Assembly (NCBI GenBank): GCA_963780185.1 | Contig: CAWABA010000009.1 | Coordinates: 128,001-192,000, forward strand | DNA length: 64,000 nt | Direction of reading: 5' to 3' | Source of the DNA: Candidatus Bathyarchaeota archaeon | Lineage (GTDB): Archaea; Thermoproteota; Bathyarchaeia; Bathyarchaeales; Bathycorpusculaceae | Shown: positions 8,084-17,583 of the stretch, piece after piece | Layout: each line of letters starts with the position of its first letter | Position numbering within the stretch: the first letter of the stretch is position 1 | Program-made: the position numbers and the translations under genes | The notes under the pieces: model-generated | Seen by the model: only the letters and a program-made list of their open reading frames with translations | What the model was told of the DNA's origin: nothing | The model's database searches: none

Positions 8084-9997
8084 TTACTCTGAACCGCTTG
8101 GAGCTGAAGAGCTTGCTTCGGAGCTTTCTGAACCCGATGAGCCTTCAGATCCTTTCTCTGAGCCTCCTTCTCCACCTTCGTGTCCGCCTTCTTCGCCTTC
8201 CAAACCAGCTTTCTTCTTCACCCAATCTCCAGCTTGCTCTGGCGCTAACCCTTTGATTTTGTCTTTTGTGGCTTCAACTGCGAAGTCGTTTAGGTTATGC
8301 ACGTGGTCTTCTTCGTTGATGTAGTGAACAAACTTTCCAGCGTCGCTTTCGTGACCAAGCGTATGTTCTAAGCCGTGCCACATGGCGTGTTCAAGCAGTT
8401 TTTCTCCGACTTTGATGCCGCCTTTCTCGAGTCCCTGCTTGAATCCCCCCTCGGCAGCGCCTTCCGCAAACTCCGAAGTTGCCTCGTAGGCATCTGCAAC
8501 GGTTCGTCCGCCGGGCACGGTGTATTTTCCAACCCAAATTGCCCAGTCAGCGCCTTTCTTGGTGTATTCGGCGGCGTGCTCCAGCTTCTCGAAGCCTTCG
8601 GCTTTGCTGATTTCATGCTCAGCTTCCCACGAGTTGAATTCGTTCTCGTCTTTGTAGTAGTCTTTCCAGAATTTCTTGGTCTCGTCATGCAGGTGTTCCT
8701 GCTGATCGTGAAGCGCCTTGTCATCGTTTGCCGCCTTAATCTTGTCGTCGTTGATTGATTTCTGTGCGTCTTTCTGGAAATCTGACATGTATTTCTCGTT
8801 GATTTCCTGTTGTTGCTTGGCTTGGTTTATCTCGTCAATGTCTGGGGGTTCTTGCTGGGGTGGAGTTGTCGGTGGGGTGTCAGTTGTTGGTTCTGGTGCA
8901 GTTGGAGCGCTTGGCGGCGAGGTTTGGTCTGCTGGTGGGTTTCCTGAATCGCCAGAGTCCCCTGAGGAAACGCTTGTGGTTATGACTCCTGCACTTACGC
9001 TGGCAACTACTCCTGATAAGACGCTTGCTACGGCGTGGTGTGCTTCTTCAAAACCGGTGCTGAAGTCTTGGAACTGAATTATGGAGAAGTTGAGGTGTAT
9101 GTTGTGGAGTTGAGTTAAGAATAAGGCTATTGCAAAGAATGGCATGATTGACATTAGAGCGGTTGTTTTTTGACTTGTGGGGCTAATCGGTTTGGGCGTA
9201 GGGATTTTGAGGATGCGGCGCAGGAAGAACCTGTCCACTATGATTAGAACCAAGCCGATCCACCCGAGGAAGTAGCCTGCTGCATAAGAGGAAGTTAGGA
9301 CGGCATGGGTAGGAACTGCTGCAGATGCGATTGTTGGCGAAATCGTGTACAAGACTAAGCCAAAAAATGCGATGAGGAAGTTTTTTCTTTTGTAGAGATT
9401 TAGGCTTCCCCAAAACATCAGAACAACGCTTAACGCAACAATGATTGGTATGCCGGGGAAAACGTCGCTGGCTGGTGCATTGCTGATAATGTTCTGTGGT
9501 TTCACAATCATGATGCTTAAGTACTTCATCAGAGTGTCTGGGTTGTGTCCTGAAGGCAGCAAAAGCCCGACCCCAGCATCTGCCACGGGAATCAACATAA
9601 TCATCATAAAGCAAAGGCGAGCTACAATAGGGAACAAGGTTGTGACGGTTGCTTGCCAAGGTTTTATTGGAAGATGAAACTTTTTGAGGAAAGTCAACAA
9701 AGCAAGCCCGAGAATTGTCGAAAGCACCACTCCTACTGCGCCGTCAACGAAGACGCCTATTATGAAGCCCAGTGCGATTACAAGCAGGTAGGGTCTGCCG
9801 TCTTTTGTTAGAAGCCACTTAATTTTCGCGATAAGTTTCTGCATCAATGACTGAGCTTGATTTTGGATTGGTGCACTAAGTCGCCTACTTGTTTGTTGCA
9901 CTGCCGAGATTCCCCTTGTACCCCCATAATCAAAGTTTTTACTATATAATAATTGTGACTTTGCAAACTGTATTGATAAATTAATTTTAATTGACAA
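8084..9997 (-). CDS. Multi-pass membrane protein with a Pro-rich linker and an acidic helical C-terminal region (start uncertain, possibly 9844)
   Basis: About 8 hydrophobic segments, then PPADQTSPPSAPTAPEP, a coiled region and a Gly/Glu/Ser tail. Confidence 0.75.
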   Translation of the reverse strand: MSIKINLSIQFAKSQLLYSKNFDYGGTRGISAVQQTSRRLSAPIQNQAQSLMQKLIAKIKWLLTKDGRPYLLVIALGFIIGVFVDGAVGVVLSTILGLALLTFLKKFHLPIKPWQATVTTLFPIVARLCFMMIMLIPVADAGVGLLLPSGHNPDTLMKYLSIMIVKPQNIISNAPASDVFPGIPIIVALSVVLMFWGSLNLYKRKNFLIAFFGLVLYTISPTIASAAVPTHAVLTSSYAAGYFLGWIGLVLIIVDRFFLRRILKIPTPKPISPTSQKTTALMSIMPFFAIALFLTQLHNIHLNFSIIQFQDFSTGFEEAHHAVASVLSGVVASVSAGVITTSVSSGDSGDSGNPPADQTSPPSAPTAPEPTTDTPPTTPPQQEPPDIDEINQAKQQQEINEKYMSDFQKDAQKSINDDKIKAANDDKALHDQQEHLHDETKKFWKDYYKDENEFNSWEAEHEISKAEGFEKLEHAAEYTKKGADWAIWVGKYTVPGGRTVADAYEATSEFAEGAAEGGFKQGLEKGGIKVGEKLLEHAMWHGLEHTLGHESDAGKFVHYINEEDHVHNLNDFAVEATKDKIKGLAPEQAGDWVKKKAGLEGEEGGHEGGEGGSEKGSEGSSGSESSEASSSAPSGSE

Positions 9998-10124
9998 ATT
10001 CTATTAGTTTAGGTATTTTTGACTTACCTGTCGGCTTTTTCGGGCGTAACATCAATTATTCTGTGGCTTTCCTGTGCAAGGTTTCAGAAATTAAAAAAAG
10101 GAAAAAGGGGAATAGAGGTTTCAC

Positions 10125-11981
10125 TTAGCTTGTGACTGTAGTTCGTGGTCTGTTTCCGCGGCTTCTCAGCGCCAGTACCGCTCCTGCGATGATTATGACA
10201 ATTATGACGACGACTAAGCCGTAGATGTAGCCTTGAGGTATGCCGCTTGTCTTTGGTGAGGGCGTTGGCGTAGCGGTCCGAGTTGGGGTTGGAGTTGCGG
10301 TGGGTTTAGTTGTTGGAGTCGACGTTGCTTTTGGCGTTGGGGTCGGCGTAGGAGCCGAGGTTGGCGTTGGGGTGACGATTGATGGCGCGGTGGTGGGCGC
10401 CGTTGTTGGTGCTGGGGTTGGAGTAGGCGTTGGAGTGGGTGTCGGAGTTGGAGTTGGCGTTGCAGTTGGAGTTGGTGTGGGTGTTGGAGTTGGGGTTGCG
10501 AAAGGCGAGGTTTGCAATGCCAGCACTTGTCCAGAGATGCTTCCTGACGGCACAGCAGTCGACACGAAATTAACGTTAGATGTCACTTGGCTCACGGTCA
10601 CGGAAACTCCTGTTTGCTGCTGGGAGGTGTATCCCGTTTCTGTGACGTTGACCGTGTAGGTTCCTGTGCCAAGACCAGCTGAAATGACGTAGTTGCCGTT
10701 GCTGTCGGTTGTAGCAGATCCAGAGCCGCCTGTACCCTGCGCTGAAACAGATGCGCCGACTACGGGTCCGCCGCTTGAGCTTGTCACCTGCCCGCTTATG
10801 GTTCCTGACGGCGCCACCGTTAACTGGAAGTTTATGTTGGCTGTTGTTTGTCCTGCGGTGACGCTTACGCTGCCTGGATATGGGACAAATGAGGTTCCGT
10901 AGATTGCTTCGACCGTGTAGGTTCCTGTTGCTAAGTTAGTGTTGACTTGGTAGTTTCCAGACGAGTCAGTCGATGCAAAGCCAAAGCCGCCTGTCGAAGA
11001 GGAGACTAAGATGGCTACGCCTGAAATGGGCTGTCCATTTGCCAAGTTGGTGACGGTTCCCGAAATGATTCCTGAAGGGCTAAGTGCAATATTGGCTGTT
11101 GTGGTTGCGCCAGCTGTCACAGAGATTCCTGTCTGCGTGTTTGATAGGAAGCCTGTAGGGGACAATACTGTCACGTTGTATGTTCCCGTGGGCAGATTTG
11201 CGTTCAAGGTGTATTGTCCAACGGAATCTGTTGTTCCGAAAGCAGCAAAGTTTCCCGAAGCATCTACTGCTTCAACACTTATGCCTTGCAGAGTTGCGCC
11301 TGAATTCGCATTAGTAACTGTTCCAGTTATCACGCCTGACGAAGCGAGAGCAAAATTCACGTTGCTCGTCATTGTCCCTGCAGTCACGGCGACATTGCTC
11401 AGAGTGGTGTACAGGTACCCTGGTGCATATTCTACTGTAACATTGTATGTCCCGGTGGCAAGGTTTTGAATGATCTGGTAGTTCCCGTTGGCGTCGGTAA
11501 ACGCAAACTCGCCACTAATGCTCGTTCCCGTTGCATTGTAAGCATTAACTATTACGTTTGGCAAAGGCACGCCCGCCGAATCGGTAACCTGTCCAGAAAT
11601 GCCTCCTGAAACACTCAGGTAGACAATGACGTTTGCAGTTTGGGCTCCCGACGTCACAGCTACGTTGTCCGTTTGTCCATCAATATAGCCGGGTGCGGAC
11701 GCTGTCACGGAGTAGTTGCCTGTGCCGAGGTAGGTGGAGATAAGGTAGTTTCCCGAAGAGTCTGCGACTGCACCTCCTGACCCGCCATCGCCCGAAGCAG
11801 AGACAAGAGCGCCTGGAACAGGAACGTACGTCTGTGCTAAAGCGTCTTTGTAGGGTTGACTGTTGTTCGATGATTGAAATGCGTAGACTGAAGCACCTAT
11901 TAGCATCCCCAAGAGAACCATGGTCATCAACAGTTTCGCGATTGCCTTGTTTTTTGGCATGGAAAAGTCTGTTTTTTTCAT
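10125..11981 (-). CDS. Cell-surface protein with carboxypeptidase-regulatory-like (beta-sandwich) repeats, PT stalk and C-terminal TM anchor
   Basis: Repeated GxISGxVT...TDSxGNY...LxTGTYxV units; (PT)n; [24 protein letters not shown]. Confidence 0.88.
   Translation of the reverse strand: MKKTDFSMPKNKAIAKLLMTMVLLGMLIGASVYAFQSSNNSQPYKDALAQTYVPVPGALVSASGDGGSGGAVADSSGNYLISTYLGTGNYSVTASAPGYIDGQTDNVAVTSGAQTANVIVYLSVSGGISGQVTDSAGVPLPNVIVNAYNATGTSISGEFAFTDANGNYQIIQNLATGTYNVTVEYAPGYLYTTLSNVAVTAGTMTSNVNFALASSGVITGTVTNANSGATLQGISVEAVDASGNFAAFGTTDSVGQYTLNANLPTGTYNVTVLSPTGFLSNTQTGISVTAGATTTANIALSPSGIISGTVTNLANGQPISGVAILVSSSTGGFGFASTDSSGNYQVNTNLATGTYTVEAIYGTSFVPYPGSVSVTAGQTTANINFQLTVAPSGTISGQVTSSSGGPVVGASVSAQGTGGSGSATTDSNGNYVISAGLGTGTYTVNVTETGYTSQQQTGVSVTVSQVTSNVNFVSTAVPSGSISGQVLALQTSPFATPTPTPTPTPTATPTPTPTPTPTPTPTPAPTTAPTTAPSIVTPTPTSAPTPTPTPKATSTPTTKPTATPTPTRTATPTPSPKTSGIPQGYIYGLVVVIIVIIIAGAVLALRSRGNRPRTTVTS
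10255..10500 (-). repeat. Pro-Thr-coding low-complexity repeat
   Basis: Imperfect gttgga/gttggc hexamer run encoding TPTPTP. Confidence 0.85.
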
Positions 11982-12151
11982 TTTTAACACCAGAAAAATT
12001 TTTGCCCTTCTAGGCTCTTTTGGAAGGTAACTAATATAGAATTGTGATTGCAAAAAGAAGCCTCAAATTCTTTAGCTAAGAAAAACGGCGGAATGGCGAT
12101 TTTGACTGCTTACGTTTCCGAGGTTTTGGTGCGGCTTTCGCAACGGGGCTT

Positions 12152-12379
12152 TTAGAAAAACGTCTTTTTCTTGACGAAGGTTACGAGGAGGTAACCTATG
12201 TAGATGATGCTGAAGCCGATTAGACCGATTTCAGCGAAGCGGATTATGGGGTGGACTTCGCCGAGGATGAAGTATCCTTGTGTTGAGATGTCGTAGAAAG
12301 TCCAGCACATCATCAAAACGGCGCTGAACAGCGATGAAATGCCAACAACGTGGAAAACATCTTTCAAAGCAGCGAACAA
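12152..12379 (-). CDS. Small membrane protein
   Basis: 75 aa, two hydrophobic helices. Confidence 0.55.
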   Translation of the reverse strand: MFAALKDVFHVVGISSLFSAVLMMCWTFYDISTQGYFILGEVHPIIRFAEIGLIGFSIIYIGYLLVTFVKKKTFF

Positions 12380-12607
12380 GCCAAGTCCACCCGCCGTTTC
12401 TTTCTAAGGCGCATCAAAGGCTCTGAGCAATAGAGCTCTCTCTCACCCTGGGAAATTGAATTCAAATCCCTCTCCTCCCTCTTCCGCTTTTTGAATGCAT
12501 CGTATGGTACTTAATCTTTACTGAATAACACTGGAAAATCGAAAAATCCATGTCGAGATTCAGGCAGAAAACAAGGTTGGAAAAACCTGCGTTGACAACT
12601 TTTCCGT

Positions 12608-12832
12608 TTATAGCTGGGTGGTTTCGCTGACTTTTTTGGCGATTGCCTCGACCTGTTCAGGCGTAAACCGTTCCTCTTGGCATGACGGGCACCTGAGAGC
12701 TTTCACGTTATGCAAAACAACGCCGTCTACTTCAAAGTCGAATTCTACCTCAACATATTCGACGCAGCACACGGGGCAAAGCAACGCGCCAGCCTTGGTG
12801 CCTGCCGCTTTATTGCGTGAATTTTTTTCCAA
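12608..12832 (-). CDS. YgiT/MqsA-type Zn-finger protein
   Basis: CPVC...VVLHNVKALRCPSCQEERFTPEQVEAI. Confidence 0.7.
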   Translation of the reverse strand: MEKNSRNKAAGTKAGALLCPVCCVEYVEVEFDFEVDGVVLHNVKALRCPSCQEERFTPEQVEAIAKKVSETTQL

Positions 12833-13292
12833 GCTCTTCTGCCCAAGCCTCTACCTTAGCCATGTCCGTATTGTCTAACATGGTTTTTCTGAAGTATCTG
12901 ATGCGTCCGCCGAAAGCTTCTGTCGAGACGGGATTGATGTTTGGGTATTTGGTGAGGGTTTTTTCGACGAATTTGGCTTTTGCGTTTTCGTAGCTTCCCG
13001 GTGTACCTGCCCATGAAGAGGAAACAAAAAAAGCCACCTGTTTGCCGCTGAGGTCGTTTTTTAGAAACTTTAGTGTTTTGCTGTAGACTCTGCCGCCTCT
13101 GACGCCTCCGCCGACAATTACGCTTTGGTATTGTGCTAAGTCAAGGGGTTTTTGTTCTTTAAGGTCAACCAAATCAACTTCCAGCTGGTATTTGGAGCGC
13201 AAAACATCCGCGATTTTCCGTGCAGACTCTTCAGTCGCGCCGATTTTAGTCTCATAAGCGATAAGGGTTTTGCCGCGGGTTTCAGAAGCCAT
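12810..13292 (-). CDS. Flavodoxin-like protein (HemG/flavodoxin_5 type)
   Basis: LIAYETKIGATEESARKIA, VIVGGGV, AFGGR, DMAKVEAWAEEL. Confidence 0.85.
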   Translation of the reverse strand: MASETRGKTLIAYETKIGATEESARKIADVLRSKYQLEVDLVDLKEQKPLDLAQYQSVIVGGGVRGGRVYSKTLKFLKNDLSGKQVAFFVSSSWAGTPGSYENAKAKFVEKTLTKYPNINPVSTEAFGGRIRYFRKTMLDNTDMAKVEAWAEELGKKFTQ

Positions 13293-13642
13293 TAAACGCC
13301 ACTGCCATGTGACTCTTCAGGTGGCGCGATTCTGGCACCGCAGTTGTTGCAGAAGACTGCTCCAGTTGGGTTCTTCGAATTGCATTTGGGGCAGGTGACG
13401 GTTGGCTGAGAAGGGTTTCCCCCAAGGTCTTCCCTCGCCTTCTTGATGGCTGCATGGGTTTCTTTGGCTGCAAGAGTAAACGCTCTTTCAAGTTCTACCC
13501 CTACACTGTAAAAAGCATCTGTCAACTGGTCGGCCGGATAAACCACTTTGGCGGCTTTACCTTTCAGGGTTTTAGTGCCACATTTCGCACAGAAATTTGC
13601 GTCATCAGCGATTTTTTCGCCGCACTTAGTACAATAAGACAA
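13292..13642 (-). CDS. Protein with Zn ribbons at both ends
   Basis: YCTKCG...FCAKCG at the N-terminus and CPKC...FCNNCG at the C-terminus. Confidence 0.8.
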   Translation of the reverse strand: MSYCTKCGEKIADDANFCAKCGTKTLKGKAAKVVYPADQLTDAFYSVGVELERAFTLAAKETHAAIKKAREDLGGNPSQPTVTCPKCNSKNPTGAVFCNNCGARIAPPEESHGSGV

Positions 13643-13935
13643 ACATTTTCACCGCTGATTAGCATGTTAGACTCCAAATTTAAGCCTTTATCAAAACAAA
13701 ACACGTGCCTGTGTAGTGAGTGAAAAATAAACTTAAATTCCGATAGCGGGCTATACTATGAACAAGACAAAGTTGGCTTCAAATGACTCAAAGCAAGAAA
13801 CCCTATGAGATACTTCTCAGAAATATCAAAGCTGATGACAAAATTCTCAGGGGATTAAATAACAGCGCTGTCAAAACCAAAAATTGATTGGTGCCTTAGT
13901 CCGAAAACAAAGAAAGAAAAAAAAAGAATAATTAC

Positions 13936-15297
13936 CTATTCTACGAGTTTTTGTTTGGCTTCTCCGATCAGCTTTACGGTTTGCAGTCGCCATGGCTCAA
14001 AGCCTTGCGGTGTCGCTGGGTAACTGTTGTAGTGCGCACCTAAGCCCCGCATCATCACGACGGTTGAGCGCAGTTTGGTTAGGAATCCGACGCGTCGTAT
14101 GCCTCTGAAGACCCGTTTGGCGGTTTCGGTGATGTTTAGGTGGAAGTCGTCTCCCATGCCTGCTCTAAGCACGTCGTCTTCAGTCATGAGTTTCTCGTTC
14201 ATGCCGTAGTTGAGGTCTTCGTCGCTGCATGACAAGAGGAACATTTTGAAGATGTCCAGAGTTCCCTGTTTTTTGCCGTAGGTTTCAATGTATTTCTTGT
14301 TGTAGCCCCAGAGCGCCTCTTTTGTCGGTTCACCTTTGCCGAGGGCTTCAACGATTTGTTTTCCCGCTAAGTGGCCGCTGAGCATTGAGGGTCCGATGCC
14401 GCCGCCGTGAATTGGGTTAACCAATGAAGCAGCGTCTCCGACTAATACGACACCGTTAGAAACCATGTTGTCCAAAGGTCTGCGGACAGGGTCAAACCAT
14501 GCTCCGCCGGTTAAAACCGTGGAACCCTTAAAAATTGGCTTCTTAAAGGCTGTTTCATAGAGTTGCTGTTTGGGATTAGGATAGTTTTCGCGCATGCAGG
14601 TGCCTATGCCAACGTTTACTCGTGCGCCGCCTTTGGGGAAAATCCAGATGTAACCGCCAGGGGATGCTTTTTGGTTGAGGTAAATTTCGCAAAAAGTCGT
14701 GTTGGCTGTTTCCTGTTTAAGTTGGCGGATTTCGCGGTAGCAGGCTTCGACATCTTCGTTTGCTATGTAGCGGTCTATGCCCATCTCGGCTGGGAGTTGC
14801 TTGCGTACCATGCCAAAGTAACCCGTAGCATCAACCACAACTTTGCTGCGTAACTCCAGTGTTTTGTCTGCCTTCATGTTTTTGGCGGTTAAACCTACCA
14901 CTGCGCCCTTCTCAATTATGGGTGAGCGGAAGTTTAGGTTATCTTCAAGAACTGCGCCTTTGTCTGTTGCCTTTTTGAGTAGCCATTGCCCAAAAAGCCG
15001 TCTGTTCAACAGGTAACCGACGAAGTCTTTGTCAGCAATGGTGAAAACCGTACTTTCGTCGGGTGAGTAGATTTTGATTCCGTCGATTTTTGCCTCCAAC
15101 TCACCGCCTGTGGGTTTTTCCAAGCCCAAAAATTTAAGGTGATGCTCGCCCAAGGCGTCGCCGCAGATTTTTTCTCCTATTTGGTCCCGCGGCTTCTTTT
15201 CGATTATGCATACTTTTAAGCCTGATTCAGCGATGGTTTTTGCTGCTAAGCAGCCTGCTGTTCCAGCGCCTACTACTATTGCGTCGTATTTTTCCAT
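13936..15297 (-). CDS. Geranylgeranyl reductase family (digeranylgeranylglycerophospholipid reductase)
   Basis: YDAIVVGAGTAG, ICGDA, PGGYIWIFPKG, LVGDAA...NPIHGGGI. Confidence 0.9.
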   Translation of the reverse strand: MEKYDAIVVGAGTAGCLAAKTIAESGLKVCIIEKKPRDQIGEKICGDALGEHHLKFLGLEKPTGGELEAKIDGIKIYSPDESTVFTIADKDFVGYLLNRRLFGQWLLKKATDKGAVLEDNLNFRSPIIEKGAVVGLTAKNMKADKTLELRSKVVVDATGYFGMVRKQLPAEMGIDRYIANEDVEACYREIRQLKQETANTTFCEIYLNQKASPGGYIWIFPKGGARVNVGIGTCMRENYPNPKQQLYETAFKKPIFKGSTVLTGGAWFDPVRRPLDNMVSNGVVLVGDAASLVNPIHGGGIGPSMLSGHLAGKQIVEALGKGEPTKEALWGYNKKYIETYGKKQGTLDIFKMFLLSCSDEDLNYGMNEKLMTEDDVLRAGMGDDFHLNITETAKRVFRGIRRVGFLTKLRSTVVMMRGLGAHYNSYPATPQGFEPWRLQTVKLIGEAKQKLVE

Positions 15298-15389
15298 GTT
15301 TTTCTCTCCAAACGCTTCGCTGTATTTTGTATACCATGTTGTATATGTAAACCTTAATAAAGTGTGAAGTGAGCTAAACCACACCGAGT

Positions 15390-15834
15390 GTGGAACAAAT
15401 GAGTACTCCCTTAACTCTAAGCGCGGAATTCCGCAAAATCGTTGAAGCCCGAATGAACCAAGTCCTCAAAGGCGTAGAAGTCACATTCAACCAAATAATC
15501 GAAACCCAAAAAATAACTCCCGCCGAACTCAAAGAAGAAATCGACAGCCTGCAAGAAACCTTCAACCTGCTTTTCCAAAAATGGAGCCTCGAAATACTCT
15601 ACACACTGCTGCTTAAGGATGTCAGCGGCTTTGGAGAAATCAAAAAGAATTTTGAGGGTGAATTCGCGGACGCTTTCGGACAAGCTAAAAATGCTGTCAG
15701 CGCACGGCTACATAACCCGAAATGTTTCGGCTGGTCCGCCGCTGCGAGTGGATTATGCGTTGACGGGTAAGGGAAAGAACACTGTGCTTCTGGCTTTGCC
15801 GCTTCTTTACTATTCAAGCAGCATCCGAAGTTAA
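15390..15834 (+). CDS. HxlR-family winged-helix regulator; one frameshift near 15645
   Basis: FQKWSLEILYTL...FGEIK continues in another frame as RILRVNSRTLSDKLKML...PPLRVDYALTGKG. Confidence 0.8.
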
Positions 15835-16347
15835 GGCTTAGACTGCTTCTTTTCAATCTCTTTGTTGGCTTGCGGCAGGCTCGTGGTTTCCTTCACAGTT
15901 TCAAAAACCATGCATGTCAGCGTCTTCTCTAAACCCTTAATCAGCCGCAACTTATCAACAACGAATCTGCCGACTGCATCCACGTTTTCCGCGCGAAGCT
16001 TCACCAGCAAATCCCAGTCGCCAGTGATTATGTGGACTTCTTGGACTTCGGGGAACCGCGCAATTTCTTCGGCTACGGCTCTTTGGGAAACTGGGGCGCC
16101 GTTGGTTTTTGTGGTGTAGGAGACTGAGGCTAAGATGAATGCGGATGTGCCTAGGTTCAGTTTTTCTGGGTTAGAGGATGGCTCTGTACTGTTTTATTAT
16201 GCCTTGTTCTTCCATGCGTTTTATTTTTGCGAAGACGGTGGTGATGGGGGTGTTGATTTTTTTGGCGATTTGGTTTGCTGTTAGTTTGCTGTTTTCTTGT
16301 ATGAGTTGGAGTATGGCTACGTCTTTTTCGTCGAGTTTTGAGCTCAT
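15831..16347 (-). CDS. Lrp/AsnC-family regulator (absent from the ORF track; frameshift near 16172)
   Basis: Hand translation: MSSKLDEKDVAILQLIQENSKLTANQIAKKINTPITTVFAKIKRMEEQGIIKQYRAIL / NPEKLNLG...FPEVQEVHIITGDWDLLVKLRA. Confidence 0.88.
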
Positions 16348-16467
16348 ATGTAAATATTACAAGTGCTTACTATAAAATATTGTGTTTTATTGTAATTTAT
16401 CCATGTTTTATTATAAAAAATTTATTATCTGCGTTCGCACAATGTAGCTTCAACAAACGAAGAGGAA

Positions 16468-17450
16468 TTGAACAAAATGAAAGGCACACAGAACACAATC
16501 CAAATGCCAAAAACCCTAGACCAACTAACACCCAGCGAACTGGAAAGAAAAGCCTGCATAGGCAAAGTAATGACTTACACACTCAATAGCCTAACCTCAA
16601 CATTCGTAGGCGAAGGCTTCCAGTGGCTTCTTCCTGTGGCTCTGAGCCAAAGCACCGACCCGCTCTGGCCTGACCCAGGCGCATCAATCGAGAAAAGAAT
16701 CGAAGTAGACATCTACGGAAAACCCGTACGCACAACCGCAAGCATGATCATCCACAAACTCGTCGCCGCCTCAACAGCCTACCCGAAACTCTTCATACTT
16801 TCACCTAACATACGCATCGAAAAAGCTGAACGCGCAAAAACAGGCAAACACATCTACGAGTTCACGCAACTCGACTTCGAAGCCCGAGACGCCACCTCAA
16901 AAGAAATCCTCACCCTTGTAGAAGGCGCAATCTGCAAACTTGTCAAAGACCTAAAGAAAGACATGAAAGGCGAATTAACCACGCTGTGCCGATGCGACAC
17001 GCTCAAAGCGCCGAAGGCTCCATTCAAAGTCTACGACCGCGTAGAACTTGAGGCAAAGTACGGTGCAGACGGTTGGGAAGCAGGCATATCTGCAGACATC
17101 AAAAGAACCAGTTTGGGTTACAAACATTCCGACGGGAATTCTACGATTTCGAAGACTTCAAGACTGGCAAATGGGACAACTATGACTTGTTCCTGCCGCA
17201 GTTCGGCGAGGTACTTTCAGGCGCCAAACGAGAATGGGAATACAGCAAAATCTCAAAGAAAATCGAGCGCGACCAAGTCAAAAAGGAAAACTACGCGTTG
17301 ATTCTGAAGATGGCTAAAGAAGGCCGGCTTAAACCCACTGCTGGCGGCGGAATAGGCCTCGAACGTTTAGTCGGCTGGATTGCAGGCGTCAAACATGTCG
17401 CTGAATGTCAACCGTTCCCGAGGATTCCTGGAACTGTAAATGAACTCTGA
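16468..17450 (+). CDS. asnA: Archaeal asparagine synthetase A (aspartate-ammonia ligase, class II aaRS-like); frameshifts near 17100-17135
   Basis: STDPLWPDP, SMIIHK, SPNIRIE, HIYEFTQLDFE, then REFYD...NYDL...GEVLSGAKREWEY...GGGIGLERL. Confidence 0.88.
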
Positions 17451-17583
17451 TTCTATGTAAAGAAACGGATTGGCGAACGATACAATCCTCAACTTTTCTT
17501 TTAATTGCGAAAAGTTTATCTTTACTTATGCAACCATCAGAAAGGAAAACGTTTAATCATAAAATGTTGGAGATTGAAAGGAA

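Noticed and set aside
10240-11469. Plus-strand ORFs rich in GVGVGV/VAV
   Set aside because: Antisense shadows of the Pro/Thr repeat and beta repeats of the real minus-strand gene; the same applies to 22406-22741
12450-12482. ttcaaatccctctcc as a third tRNA remnant
   Set aside because: No complementary T-stem; too weak
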